A DNA stretch of 64,000 nt, taken from positions 214,086,001-214,150,000 of the forward strand of contig OZ024743.1 in NCBI GenBank assembly GCA_964016885.1. Reading direction: 5' to 3'. The notes beneath the pieces were generated by a model. The model was given only the letters and a program-made list of their open reading frames with translations, ran no database searches and was not told where the DNA came from. Shown piece after piece: positions 45,821 to 60,239 of the stretch. Origin of the DNA: Eledone cirrhosa. Its lineage: Eukaryota. The position numbers and the translations under genes were made by a program. Numbering within the stretch: position 1 is the stretch's first letter; each line of letters starts with the position of its first letter.

Positions 45821-45975
45821 AATTGTTTCTACTTTTGGCACACGGCCAGCAATTACACAGTACATTACTGGTACTTTTTTTTTATCGACCCCGTAAGGAT
45901 GAAAGGCAGAAGTTAACCTCGGCGGGATTTGAACTCAGAATGATAAGGGCTGTATTTCTATGCGTCAAAGCATGG
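45821..45975 (-). mobile_element. Meta-type SINE
   Basis: Matches 8231-8348 and 61328-61495. Confidence 0.8.
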
Positions 45976-45989
45976 AATAATAATAATGG

Positions 45990-48900
45990 TTTCTTTATTG
46001 GCCACAAGTACTAACATGAAAAAAAACTTTACAGACGATACAGGACGATACAAATCGGGTTTTGGCCGTGTAAAAAGGTTATAACAAGAAGATAGAAATG
46101 TGTAAAAAAAAATATAAAATAATTCAAACAGCAAAAATTCCCCAATGGGACGAAACTTCCGAGGGTCACTCGTGGCGAAAACCACATGAAAGAACATGGC
46201 CACACTGACCACCAGAGCAAGCACCTTCTCTCAGGTTTCCCACTTCTCAGGCTAAAGGCGCATACTCATAGCGGACCCGTCATTTGGACCAGACAGCAAA
46301 ATTTCACCCACCATTCAACAAATTTACTAGAAGACAGCACTTGCCTCTCCACCCTGATTTTCCTCTTCAAGTGAAACTTGAAAAAGTTAAGCAGGTATTG
46401 GCCGCAGAGGAAAGTGTCGGACTACAACCATTCCAACCAGGTCCACCTCACAATCTCTTTCGCCATGGCCACCAGGCAGATGAAAACTGCCTGCCCTTCC
46501 CCTTCCTTGAAGGAGGATGGCGGGGCTATCTGCACAATGGACTCAGTCGATAACCGGATCCGTCCTACACGCGACAGCAACTGTTCGACATAGTCCTACA
46601 AGTGAGCAATTCTCGGGCACTGAACGAGTGCGTGAAGGAGGGTTTCTTCCCCCTGCGCGTATCTCGCCCAGGCTCAGCTGACACCACCTCCGTGCCTGTG
46701 GAGCTTATACCGAACCGAAAACGCTCCCCGGTAGCACTGGCGGCCAGGGATTTCTGGAAGTTGTCCATAGGCCTCGGGCTGATAGTTCTCTCTGAGAGAG
46801 CGAACAGCTGATCGTCTTCGACGCCCAGGGTCTCCCGGAGAACGTCGTCGCTCTTCCCCTCCACTAACCCTCTATAGAACAGCGATGTGGATGTCCCACC
46901 GATACAAGTGTCTAGATGGTAGAGGGTGGTGAGCGCTTGGAGACATTCCAGCTTCCAAGCGATATCGCTCGGTATTTTCCTGATCCAGGACTACGGCTCC
47001 GTCAGGGAAACGGTGACCACACCTGTTCACCATCAAGGAAGCACTAGAGATGTCGCAGCCTCAGTGCTCGTTTGCGCCCCATCATCCACGGTATGCCTAC
47101 TTCTCCAGGCAACGTGTGCTGCCATCAGATGGATCATTTGACCATTGGAGCACGTCCTTTCCACAAAAAGCGGAAGAGAATGCGCTCCATTTGGTCAGAG
47201 TTGGGCGGCGGCAACGTACGACGGTCAGGCGTTAGCAGATGACGGACGCGATGTACGCATTCACGACCTCTGCTCGACCTTTCAGAGACAGCATCATCTC
47301 GGCCCATTTCTAACTGAGAGAGGGCACTCGTCACCTCACTCCAGTTACTCTCCATCTGGAGGTCCGGACCGAACCAGGCGCCGAGCAATTAACCGGTCCC
47401 TCCGTCCAGCACCCCACGACGCTGTCAGATGGCATACACTTGCCTTTCCATGTCCAAGTTGCAAACCCACCGAATTTTCCTGGTTTATCTTTGCTCCTGT
47501 CATCGCTTCGCATTCCTTGAGAGCGGTGCCGAGCATCTGGACGCGTTTGGTGTTCGACACCACCACGGTGAGGTCGTCGGCCTAAGCTGACACGGATCTC
47601 CCGCATGCCAGTTCAGGTGGAACCCCTCATCGTCTCCAATTTGTGCAGTAACGGTTCGAGAGCCAATACGTATAAAATCGAAGAGAGGGGACAACCCTGG
47701 CGGACCGAGCGCATGATGCTGAACGGCTACGACAGGTGACCATTCACCCTCACAATCGAGCAGATGTCGCTGTGTATCACAGCGCCAGTGCTCCCCGGCT
47801 CACAAAAAACTGGGATTGCTTCCGTTCAGGTGCCAGTTGCAGTAGACATCTGCCAAGAGGTCGCTGAACAAGTCTGGCGTGTACGCATATACGCGTAGGG
47901 TAGAACATCCAAACGTGGCGATTTGCCCCTCGTGCAGTCACATATTGCTTCCCGTATTTCACCTGCTGTTATTGGCTTTTCGCAGCACAGCGCTTCAGTC
48001 GTCGAGAGCCGCCGCAGTCCGTCGAGGTATGCACCGTAGTCCATATTCTGATCCGGCCCGCCACCCCTCCCGAACAGTTGAGCAGAGTGCTGTTGAAAAG
48101 CCTCATACATCTCGTGTTCGAGCAACATGCGCCCGTTTTCGTCAGGTAAAGATCGAATTGTGGATTTGTTTCCACGTCGCGCCTCCACCACCCGGGCCCA
48201 TTGAACGTCTTTCGTCCCCTCATTGCTCAGAGCACGCGCTCTAGCTCTGACAACACAGCCTTCATACTTTGTGTTGGATAATTAGTCGAGTGCCAATCTC
48301 GCCGCAAGCATGTCGGTTGCAATACCTGTGCTAAACGCCTCTTCCAACTTTCTAACTAACTCTCCCTCTACTCTATTTTCGTCTATCACTACTGCTTTGC
48401 TAACCCTTATCGATTCTTCTCTAATAGCCCTTTTCAGGGTAAACCACCACCTGTTGTTGACTATCGCACCCGTCAACGCAGGCTTAACTAATTCGCTAAT
48501 CCGGTCTCTGTAAGTTTTGCACGCCGAGAACGACGCGTTCAGCTTCCAGTAACCAGGCCCTTGCTTATGGAATCTATTCATAGATTACAAATGTATGGTC
48601 CGTGTAGTCGACTACTTTAAATTGTGGACGAACTACACTAGCCTTATTTGTTTCCCTACAGAAAACCCTATCTAAATACGATCTGGATGACCCGATGCGG
48701 TTTGCCCATATCCACATTCGTACATTCGGATAATCGATTCTATACCTGTCAGACCTGTCTGACTATGTTGCTGATGCTTTAACACCCTCCCCCTCTGTCT
48801 AGTTGCCCCAAATAATCCCAGCGTGCCTCTACGATCACGTTCCAGTCACGCACTAACTGTAAAGGGCTGTACGTACCAAGAAAGGTCTCTAGACGTCTGA

Positions 48901-49950
48901 AGAAATCTGGCCGTCCTGCCCCTGTAGGGGTGTAGATGGCTACTTACTAGCCTGAAAGCATTGCCTTCGCTACCAGTCACGTCCACCACCACCGACTTAC
49001 CTTCTGGGTCCAGGGAGATGGCCCGTTTGGCGAGAACCAGGCCTCTCCGAAAAATCACAGTAAATCCTCCCTCCGCACCCGGACGGCTGGGAGATGCGTA
49101 TACATCGTAGCCGCCCAAGCTCGGTACGAAAGCTCGTGTTTGGAGATTCTGGTCTCGCTGATGGCTACCACATCTATGATTAGTGATCTGAGGTCGTTGA
49201 GCAGGTGACCCTGCTTCCAAGATGATCCCAGGACACGTACATTTACACTGCCTATTCTAAGTACGCCAATGCTGGGTGAGGAACGGGGTAAGTGAGAAAG
49301 GATCACTTATCTCGATCGTGTGGGGATGGGACAGTAGAACTGTCCCTTCGGCTGGTCATGGGTGATTTTAATATGATATCTGTGTATATTCTCTTGCAGA
49401 GTGACCCTCTGAAATCCCCAATAAGGTTGGGGAATTTTTCTTTCAAAAGTTTATAATCTTCTAGTTTGATTTCGATGATGTTTATATTTTTTCGTAATGT
49501 TTTGGTGTTGGTGGTGTGTGGCAATTTATGTCTGTAATGTCTGTGTGCTGCTTTATATGTTTCATTAATTCGTTGTGGGCGACGTTTATGGCTGTGTAAT
49601 TTTTGGGGGGCGTTGGGGTTGGGGGGAGAGGAATCGTTGCCGTTTTATTGTTGTTGCTGTTGTGTGTGTGTGCTTTATTGTGTTTGCGATGTCGGTGTGT
49701 GTGGTGATGTTGGTGGTTGTGTGGTTGCTGTTGGTGGTGAAGCTTGTGGTGGAGATGGTAATGGTGGTGGTGTTGCTCCAAGTCGCCTTGGAGACATTAC
49801 TTCTCTTTCTTTGCCCTTGCGTTTGGTTTTTCTGCATTTTAAATATCAATGCTCTGCTACCTGTACTGTCCTCAACAACAATAACTTTAACTGTCGAACG
49901 ATATTTCCTGTTTTAAATTCCTTACGAGGTGAGAATTTCAGTGTGCATTG
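45990..49950 (-). mobile_element. Decayed Tx1/L1-type LINE (ORF1 end, APE, RT, C-terminal Cys motif)
   Basis: LRIGSVNVR..AISET (APE), GPGYWKLNAS, SVRQGCPLS..Y.LALEPL, A*ADDL. AATAAA near 45995. Confidence 0.9.
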
Positions 49951-50167
49951 AACATCTATCAGCTGACCAAAAGTATTAGTGGATCACTCAATTATAATAA
50001 CTTATATATATATGCATATATATGTGAATAGACATCCTACATGAACCTATCTGTCTATCCCTTTCCCTCTCTATCACTCACTGAGTGAATTTATACACAC
50101 ACAGACATACACACACATAGACACACACACTCACAAACACACTCACTCACTCACACACGCAGACACG

Positions 50168-50251
<84 letters not shown>

Positions 50252-50265
50252 TATATATATATATA

Positions 50266-51865
50266 TACGATATTAAACAAATGGAAACTATATTTATAAA
50301 ACCATATTTATTTCGTTATATATATTTCTGGGATATCATATTAAAAATATGGTATGCCTTCCTCAGACAAAATACAATACATAAGCTGTTTTATAAATAC
50401 TTTTTGACAAACCTTATAATAATGCAACTTCCATTTAAAAAGTTGATTTGTTAGTGAAACTGTTATGACAGTTATATAGAAAGAAAAACGAAGATGAAAA
50501 GAAGAAGATGAAGAGATGTATGTAAATAAAAAGAAGAAGATGAAGAGATGTATGTAAAGAAAAACAACAGAGCGAGATAGAGAGAGAAGGAGATAGGGGA
50601 GAGAGAAATATATTGAGGAAGTGAAAAAATATAGTAGGCAGCTTTTGGACAGATGATCATCGTATATGTGATAGGTTAAGGAGGGAAGGGATACAGTTAA
50701 ACCAGCCGACACATAAATCACGTCCAGTGTAGAGGAGAAAAAAGAAAGAAAGATGATATATTTAAAATATATTAAAAATATATTATGTCTCATACATTTG
50801 AATTATCAATTTTTATGAATTAGGTATTATAGTGTAAATACCAGTATTCATGAATGAGACACATATCCATAATGTGTGAAAAAATGACCCCATGCCTAGT
50901 TTAAAAATTCTTAGGTCTATAAGCAAAATCTGAGATAAAACTTCAAACATAAGTATATATGCATTCTCATGAAAAAAGAAAAAAGAGAAAAGAGAAGGTT
51001 ATCTCAAAATCCAAGTTGATAATTATAGACACACATGTGAACTTACGTGATATGCTCCACAGATTCTTATATTTCATGAAAAACTTCATTGCGTTACATT
51101 GATTATAGACCTATCAATTTTATATTGCTTATAGACCTAAGAATTTTTAAACTAAGCATGGGGTCATTTTTTTCACACATTATGGATATGTGTCTCATTC
51201 ATGAATACTGGTATTTACACTATAATACCTAATTCATAAAAATTGATAATTCAAATGGATGAGACATAATATATTTTTAATATATTTTAAATATATCATC
51301 TTTCTTTCTTTTTCTCCTCTACACTGGAGGTGATTTATGTGTCGGCTAGTTTAACTGTATCCCTTCCCTCCTTAACCTATCACATATACGATGATCATCT
51401 GTCCAAAAGCTGCCTACTATATTTTTTCACTTCCTCAATGTATTTCTCTCTCCCATATCTCCTTCTCTCTCAATCTCGCTCTGTTGTTTTTTTACATACA
51501 TCTCTTCATCTTCTTCTTTTTATTTACATACATCTCTTCATCTTCTTCTTTTCATCTTCGTTTTTCTTTCTATATAACTGTCATAACTGTTTCACTACCA
51601 ATTCAACTTTTTAAATGGAAGTTGCATTATTATAAGGTATGTCAAAAATTATTTATAAAACAGCTTATGTATTGTATTTTGTCTGAGGAAGGCATACCAT
51701 ATTTTTAATATGATATCCCAGAAATATATATAACGAAATAAATATGGTTTTATAAATATAGTTTCCATTTGTTTAATATCGTAAACCTACTCCAGAAACT
51801 GTTGAGTGCTTTTATATCAGTTATAAAATATTTACTCGTTGTAACCCAACAATTTTAAATATGTA
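50266..51865. mobile_element. Inverted pair of family-A-related PLE termini (arms 50266-50927 and 51124-51783, plus tail)
   Basis: ~660-bp near-identical arms. HHRs at 50309-50374 (-) and 51675-51740 (+). Homologous to 2170-2280 and 2720-3000. Confidence 0.88.
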
Positions 51866-51872
51866 TTTTAAA

Positions 51873-51925
51873 GAGATTCCTGATGATTTCTAATGAATGA
51901 AACAGTTCTAGTCCTGTAGAATCTC
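51873..51925 (+). ncRNA. Type I hammerhead motif with a stem III long enough to fold as a monomer
   Basis: GAGATTC-CTGATGA-tTTCtaatGAAt-GAAA-CAG ttctagtc CTG-TA-GAATCTC. Confidence 0.8.
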
Positions 51926-52579
51926 ATCTATATTAAAACTGTTATACTCTGCTATGTATTGAGTACCTTACTTACTGTGGTTACCTCCGATTCAACCCGG
52001 AATAACGTATATATATATATATATATATTATGTTCGACAACAATTTACCTTGCACGCCAGTTTGATATCATGTAAGAATAGGTAGCACCATTGACAAAAT
52101 ATGTTGCCTACACCTCACTTTGTGTTGCCTGCACTTTAGAGGCCAAAGAACAATATTCTATTACATACAGTTTATAAAAACACGATATAGAATAGGCTCA
52201 TCGATAAAATTATATAATTTTAAAAAGCAACTAAAATAGTTGACAACATTTAAAAATAATAGTAAAACGCTCATTTCACAATATTTATCTACTTAAAACT
52301 ATATGCATAATATAAGGTAAAATATTTAAACCCCCTTGTAATGCCCCAAATACACCAAATAACAACCTAAAAATATTTTTATTGGCATACTAAACACCTG
52401 TTTTATTTAATTCTTTACAAAGCAATTTATTATACATAAGTAGTGAGTAGTTATGGCTTCTTCCCATGGGCTCATATTTGCTACGCTTTGATGATAATTT
52501 TTGTTAAGATATTTCTAAACTCAATCGAATAATTTTATAATGCACCTTACAATAGGTATTTTAAACTCTGTATGAAATC

Positions 52580-52840
52580 ATCATGCTCAAAGGAAGCGAG
52601 CATATCACCAGCTTCATTTTTATCGGCGTTAACCGACTGAGAATACAATATTCCGTCCTGCACAGGACGCCAATCAATCGCAGCGTTGACCCGCTGCAGC
52701 TGCTGGTAAAACATTTCAGCTGGGTGTAACAAAAAATTAAATTTTTCGTTAGATAACACAAAGCACTACTTGGTTCTGGATTGGAACCTACATCATTATG
52801 ATAGTAAGGCCAACACCTTAAATACTATGCCACACGCCTT
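52580..52840 (-). mobile_element. tRNA-derived SINE, diverged
   Basis: A-box-like tggcatagtatt, B-box-like ggttccaatcc, and 3' ctgcgattgattggcgtcctgtgcagg. Confidence 0.5.
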
Positions 52841-55689
52841 CCCGTATACATCTTTAATGGTGGCGAATATCGAGGAAATGGCTGATAGACGTAAGGGAGA
52901 TTTCAAAACTATGTTAATCCCCCAGTTTTCAATGCAGTATAGTTCTGTTATAAATTGAGATGACAACACACTGTTATAAATTGAGATGACAACAACAGAA
53001 ATAACAAACATCTCATATAACACATTACACACAGAATGGAACCAAACGCATATACATGCACAGGGTTTTTAAAATGACTGCCACAATAAATACAGAATAT
53101 TTGTGTATTAAAATTTGATCAGTGACAAAGATTTACATTTTCATAAACAAAAGAATTTAATTAGAAAATATTAGGTGTTAAAAAAATATCAGTACCGATA
53201 CAATCGAATATTTGAATATATTAGTAACGAAAGCTATAAAAAAAATCACATGCACAGTTATCTCATATACAACACCTAGTCAAACCAAACGAATGAATGG
53301 ATGCATAATTAATACAAAACACCCCGAAAACGATGAGCAGCGTGTATCTTAACTGAACTCTAAATTAATATTTAGAATATATGAGCTAGCAGAAGGATAA
53401 ACCTCATCAAAACTATAGCACAAACCTCACCATAGAACCGATTTCTGACATAAAAGGCAATATTAACATTTTAAGGTAAACAGGAAATTGTTAAATTCAT
53501 GATACAATCTACTACGAAAGACATGTTCGGCACATCTCGTCGTTTACATAATCATTTAAAACTATTTCACTAATCTATAATACATGGCAGCATTTTATAT
53601 TCAAGCGAGCAAATAAAACAACTAAATATAAAGACAATAGTTAACAAATATACTCCCTATGAAATATCAACTATAAAAATTAACTCATAAGAAGATACAA
53701 GCCAAAAATCAAGTTACATAAATCAAATCATTTTAGGTAATAGACATTATCTATTATGCAATTTCAAATGCTCTGATGGGGATTTTATTGTCCACTGTAA
53801 TAGAGTTAGTACTGTTAACTTGTCTACAATAAAACGCAGTAACAAAGAGCCTCCATTCATATGGTGAGTTTTTGAATTCCTTGAAACGTAAAATTAGTTT
53901 GAAAATGTATTATTTTAAATTACACCCAAAGGACTAATAAGGAAACGTAAAATCTTTAATAAACAAGAACAAACTCGAACGAATATGTATATTCTGTGAC
54001 GGAATTGTGTTTTGCTGAAATGGCAGGCACTTGTGAACTCAGACGCTTTAATTAATATCAGCTAAATTAAGTATTGTGTGTCGCCGATAACGTTGGTCAA
54101 GGCTGTCATTTTCAAAGAATCATATTTGTTAAACGAAGAAAACAAGCAAATGGCGAAAGAGCGCTTATTTTAGTTATTGCATGAGTGATTAAATGAAAGT
54201 GAAAACGAAAAACAAACATATATAACAATACAAAACATAACACTGTCCACCACGTGGAACAAAGATATTATCATAAATATATATATATTTATAGAAAAAA
54301 TTGTAATACGTAATAAATTGAGTTCCGATGCATCACTGATTCTTCATTTTCCATTATATATATATATATATATATATATTATATCATAATCTATAAAGCT
54401 CAGTGTATGGTCACATTTCTTTGTTATAGAAATCTACGATATAGAATTTCTTCAATTGAAATTTACAATTCAGTATTCGAAATAGCTTCGATTGGGTCAT
54501 GGCACATATATGTTTTTCAATTTCACCCACAATTACGAAAAAATCGATAAAACTCAATATTTTACGATTTGGCTCTCTCATTTCAACTGATAAATTCTTT
54601 CCATTACCCTTCAAAATCTATACAACTTCATACTTTCTGCTCCTTTCTCTTTCCAAGCTGAAACAACTATTCTTTTCATTTCACATTATTCATGTTGATG
54701 GTGATACTGTCCGTTTTAATCTCTCACTCATACACTTTACAGACTAAACAACAAAAACATTAGCCACATTAACGTACAATTTCGTTTATTCTAAATGTGA
54801 GTCTTCAAACTGATTTATTTATTTGCAAACACATACAAACACACACTCACATCAAATGAATAATTAAACTTTAAATCAATTTAACCACGTGCCGGATTTC
54901 TAACCACACATACACACTTCATTAACAAATAAAAATTCTAACTTGCGACAATTATTTTCTTTCAATCGTAAAATCAAAAGACATAATTATTTTCATTTTC
55001 GGCTGTTAATCTTCATGGCGATAATACTACCCTTCCATTTCACATCATGTGAGTTAACAAATCATTTTTAAAAACACTATTCGCAGACTTCCTTAAACAA
55101 CAAGATCAATTGCATAGCCGGTATTCATTATGTAGCCGGTAAAGCTATGTAGCAGGTAAAAGGCTATGTAGTCAGTACGATGTTATATAGCATGAAAAGA
55201 TAATATAACCGGTAAATGTTATCTCGCCGTTAGCATGTGTGTGTGTGTATTACCGTCAATACACACGTGTGTGTGTGCGTGTTTCAATGTAGTTTTCGTT
55301 AACAAACGAGAGTATAATCGCGCCAGAAACAATTCAATTTCTCATTCTTAACTGCCAGGGACGTTCACAGGTTCATTAAGTACTTTCAGTAAGGAATAAA
55401 AAAAAATAGGGATTGAACACAAAACCACGACATAAACAGGCACCAACAAACGTTTTCTTTGTCCTGTCAAAAAGTGATTGATCCTATCCCTTTCACCTAC
55501 GACCTCAGTTAGGTCAGGCGAAAGTCAAATAGACAGGGGATCACCTATGTAGGTACAAACCCTGCTGCGGTATGTCTATTTTTCTAGCTGCAACCAGATT
55601 ATATATACCGTAGTTAACAGAGACCATGGCACACCAGGCCTGCAAACCAAACGAGATGGAATATTCATTATAATACATCAGTTCCTCAG

Positions 55690-55718
55690 CCCCGAGCAAC
55701 GCCGGGCACTTCTGCTAA
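55690..55718 (+). mobile_element. Helitron 3' hairpin remnant
   Basis: ccccgagcaacgccgggcacttctgctaa matches 40092-40120. Confidence 0.6.
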
Positions 55719-55861
55719 TATATATATATATATAATATATATATATATACACATGCACACCACATATATATATGATAACTTGTAGCATTCATAGAATATC
55801 TACATATATATGATAACTTGTAGCAGTCATAAAATCTCTCTCCTCTCTCTCTATCTCTCTG

Positions 55862-55895
<34 letters not shown>

Positions 55896-55928
55896 TATAT
55901 ATATAGGATAACTTTTAGCAGTCATATA

Positions 55929-55986
<58 letters not shown>

Positions 55987-56567
55987 ATGTTTGTGTGTGT
56001 CTGTGTATCTATGTGTTCCTCTGTATATGAGAGAGTGTGTGAGTGTGTGCATGTGTTTATTTTCATCATGCAACATATTCCAACCGTATACTGAAATGAC
56101 CATCTGTACGCGTTTCATTTTACACGAGCAACAACATTTTACAGAATCACATTTACTTGAACTCACTTCTAAAGTGAAACCATTAGGCATTACATATATT
56201 AAGATGACTGGATATGTTTCTGTAGTAACTAACGTCTGACTAGTTTGTTGAAATTGTATTGGTAACATTCTTAGACAGTGATATTTACAGAAAGCTGCTT
56301 ATGAGAAGTACAGAAGCCAACAATGTGACAGTAATGGAAATAGAAACCAATCAGTTATAAAATCGTATAATCTTGCACTCATAATCCCTCCATATATTCC
56401 ACCTATTCACAGTTAATAATTGATATGTAATATTCTGCAATATATGTATATTTCAATCTATTGTTATAGCTGATAAATATTATATGTACATATACGCACA
56501 CATAACGCACACACAAATAGACACGCGTGTTTCAGTGATCTCTCTCTCTCTCTCACACTCTCTCTCT

Positions 56568-56633
<66 letters not shown>

Positions 56634-56635
<2 letters not shown>

Positions 56636-56830
56636 CGAAGGAAATGTGGTAAGGAACCAGATAGAACATAACTGACCAAAGTACTCAACACTTAGGGTAG
56701 TAGAGTGGGTAATAGGAACGAGTAGGACCCCGACGACTGAGCTCAAGCCGTTTCGTCGGCTAATTCTGGACTCAGAGCCCAGAATTAGCCGTCGAAACGG
56801 CTTGAGCTCAGCCGTGGGGTCCTACTCGTT

Positions 56831-56833
<3 letters not shown>
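56634..56833. mobile_element. PLE terminus family B folded back (apex ~56772)
   Basis: Same layout as 31340-31533. Confidence 0.8.
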
Positions 56834-56860
<27 letters not shown>

Positions 56861-56865
<5 letters not shown>

Positions 56866-57816
56866 AAATGAAAATCCGAAGGCAAGGTAAAATTCCAATC
56901 ATTTAATCACGACACATGTTTCAATAAGAGATAGATCGATTGTGAACCAATGATCGATTATCACTGATCTCATCAGGTGAAAATGAATTGTCTTCAAATT
57001 CTTGATATGAGGGAGAAAAATAACGATGTTCTCTCACAGAATTCATTCCCTCATATGAAGACACCCCAGTCAGAGACACGGCGAATTCGTCAAATTGAGA
57101 TTTGACCAATGTAGCATCTGTTGTTCTGTGAACTAACTTTCGGTGAATGCTGTGTTGGTACATTCTTATATTTGTTTTCTTGTATTTGTTTTTTTCTCTG
57201 ACATCGCATCAATGTGTGTGAGTGTGTGTGTACCCACCCACACTTACTGTGACCTTCTATAATTCTACAGGTTTGATATTGTGTTGATGTGTGTATATAT
57301 ATGGATATATTTTTCTTTGATCTTTAGCCGGTGTATGTGGGTGTGGAGTGTGTGTGTACCCACTCACATTAACTGTGACCGACTATATCCCTACAAATTT
57401 GATTGATGTCCAGCGTCTTTTGCAGCAATAGAAATCTGACAACTTTTATGACCTCAACTGAAGTTAATAGCAGTCGCAGTGTCTTTGACTGGTGTGTCTT
57501 CATATAAGGGAATGAATTCTGTGAGAGAACATCGTTATTTTTCTCCCTCATATCAAGAATTTGAAGACAATTCATTTTCACCTGATGAGATCAGTGATAA
57601 TCGATCATGGGTTCACAATCGATCTATCTCTTATTGAAACATGTGTCGTGATAAAATGATTGGAATTTTACCCTGCCTTAAGATTTTCATTTTGATACTT
57701 ATACTCTGTTTTACATCATTTAGCTGTTCCCTTGAATGGAATTGGAGATATACAAAAGCGTGAGAACTTAATATTGGACCATTTTACACAACCAATAATG
57801 CACCTTAATATATAAC

Positions 57817-57820
<4 letters not shown>
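56861..57820. mobile_element. Inverted pair of PLE termini (56861-57083 and 57475-57697, plus tail) with two HHRs
   Basis: TCATTTTCAC-CTGATGA-long stem II-GAAA-CATGTG-TC-GTGATAAAATGA at 57572-57659 (+), mirrored at 56899-56986 (-). Confidence 0.82.
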
Positions 57821-57857
<37 letters not shown>

Positions 57858-57868
57858 CGTGTGTGTGT

Positions 57869-57919
<51 letters not shown>

Positions 57920-58479
57920 TGTGTGTGTAGCATGTACTCAAATACACACAAGACTATATATGCATATACATAATGTGAGAACAAATATTTTCATCTCAGG
58001 TCTTGAAAGCGTCGAATAGCATTTGTTAGTGTTTGTTGCCATAATATACGCTGAGATTTGTAGACACTTGTAAAAATTGGAAGAAGCTTTCAATCTTATA
58101 TATCTCCCACAAATACGAATAAAATGTAAAACAACGTCGCTGCGTAATCATTATACATGTTGAACAGCTAGAATTCTCCGATACATTGCAAAAGAAATGG
58201 GATCACTTGTCATAACAGAATATTTTGCATATTCGCAATTTTATTTTGATTTTAGACATGGGTACTGAATTGGCGTTCTCTGTCACTGTTATACGATAGT
58301 ATTTGTAGTGCTTTTTCTAGCAAATAACACATATTTACATATAAAACTATGATAGCATATACGTCATAGAATAACTTTGAAATACAAGTCAGCAGGTTAA
58401 TTGTAACCTGTTGACTTGTACTTCATGAAACACAAACACATAGAGTAAAGAGATATATCAGATGAAAGAATGGTATTTA

Positions 58480-59905
58480 ACTAATGCATTGGTACGCAAT
58501 GGGGCCCACCCACAGCCCCGGCGGACAGAATGGAGAAGGCGTTTCCCCGGTGGACGGCAAGAGTGACGCGCTGGAAAATTCACTCCAACTCGCGGGCCAC
58601 ACACCTGCGGCTGGCCAGCTAAGCGCCTATGGTGGCGAGTAAGGAGCTAGCCCTGAGGCCGAGGACACCAGAAGTCTCTACTGCCAGGGGAACGACCGCA
58701 AACCTGTCGGAGAGCGACCGGTATTTGAGGAGTGCAGCAGAAACTGGGTCAGTCGCAGACTGCACCAGGTTGCGGCTGCAGAAAGTGTCGGTGCAAGTGG
58801 CATCCCAGACCAAGGGTTTGCCACCGCGGAACGGGAAGATGGTCATATCATCTGGCCTTTTGCCGTCCCCTCGATCCAGCCCCACCGGCTCGAGCTGGGA
58901 AGGGAACCTGCAGCGTCCAATCCATGCTTAATGACCTTGTTGAGGGCAACATGGCGTGGAATGCGGCCGGCACTGTGGCGACAGGAAAGCGGGTGGAGGC
59001 CGAAAGAGTCCACCGTGGAACCGCAGTGACATTGGTATGTCTGGCGGATCCAGAGGCCGAGCCTCAGGGAAACACCAATTCGCAGGCTATGGTTGTCTAG
59101 CTGCGTGCCAGTGGAGCAGGAGGGCAGTGCATGTAGCCAGGTCCCACTGTGGGGTTTGGAGGCCGCACGAAAACAAGCATGGCGGTGCTGGTAGCCTTGG
59201 CGTGTGAGCCCGTCTGAGGCCAGGCTGCACTGGATGGCATCCCAAGTGCGTTGGGGGACTTGATGTCAACAGGGGGAAAAGGAGGAGGGACGTCTACTGG
59301 GCTAAGTCCCAGCCGGTCCCACGTCTCAAGCGGCCTCAGGTTCTCTGAACAGAGAGGGTTCTGTTGTGTTTTGAAGAGCCCTGCTGACGAGGACGCGACA
59401 CGAGTTTACCGACGAAAGATACGCCGGCAAAGCTAGTGAGATCGGGGACCGGAGGCCAAGGGCGCCATACCTGACCGGTAAAGTGGCCTGTTACCACCCT
59501 ATGTCGTCAAACTTGACGTTGCATATCCCCTCGGCTGCTGCTCGGATACAAGTATCGAGGTCAGCGGGAGAGATGTCTAGATGTAGCATGGAGCGCTGCG
59601 GAGTGTATAGAGGAGCTTCGGCATAGCGAAGCAGTTCCTCAGCAAAAAGAGAGCTGGGTGGCCGTCAATCAAGCCCAGTCGGCTCGTGAGAGTCTGTATC
59701 TGTTGAAGCCTGTACCTGATGGTGCAGCGGATGGCTGGCGGGTGGATCGGTGACCCGAGAATGAGGACATCCTCTTTAGGAGTCACCTGAAGCTGGCAAA
59801 GAATGGACCGCACGTCCAAGACGGAGGCTGGAAAGCTCGCAGCATCGAGGCTGACGTTCACCACCTCCGACATGGCTGAGTTGACCTGGAGGCCGATTCC
59901 CGCCT
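58480..59905 (-). mobile_element. Decayed CRE-type RLE non-LTR retrotransposon, 3' part
   Basis: ILGSPI, LLRNCFAMPKLLYTLR, ATLPVRYGALG, GKRPD..FPFRGGKPLVWDATCTDTF, PLAVETSG. GC-rich relative to flanks. Confidence 0.8.
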
Positions 59906-60239
59906 ATGTTAGCATATACTTCAATGCTAAAAATTGTGAGTTTTGGAACAGCTCTGGGAGCAATATGAATTAACGAGAAAATAATTAGTTAATTATAATT
60001 AAAAAAAATTGACCATGATAGGAAATGATTTATTTCAAGCGATAGAAATTAACCAGTTCATATTTGATCAACCCGAAACACGCAGAGACAGACATGCATA
60101 TCAGTTGATTAATGTGCATATGTATCTATATGCGTAAATATGTAGATATCTACATATCTATCTATATATGATGTTTAATCTTAGCAATTGAGACATAGAT
60201 AACTGAAATAATACTTAAGCTGTTACTACTACTACTAAG

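Noticed and set aside
55915-56268. Cys-rich ORF, and the signal-peptide-like ORF at 60643-60897
   Set aside because: No recognisable domain or splice support.
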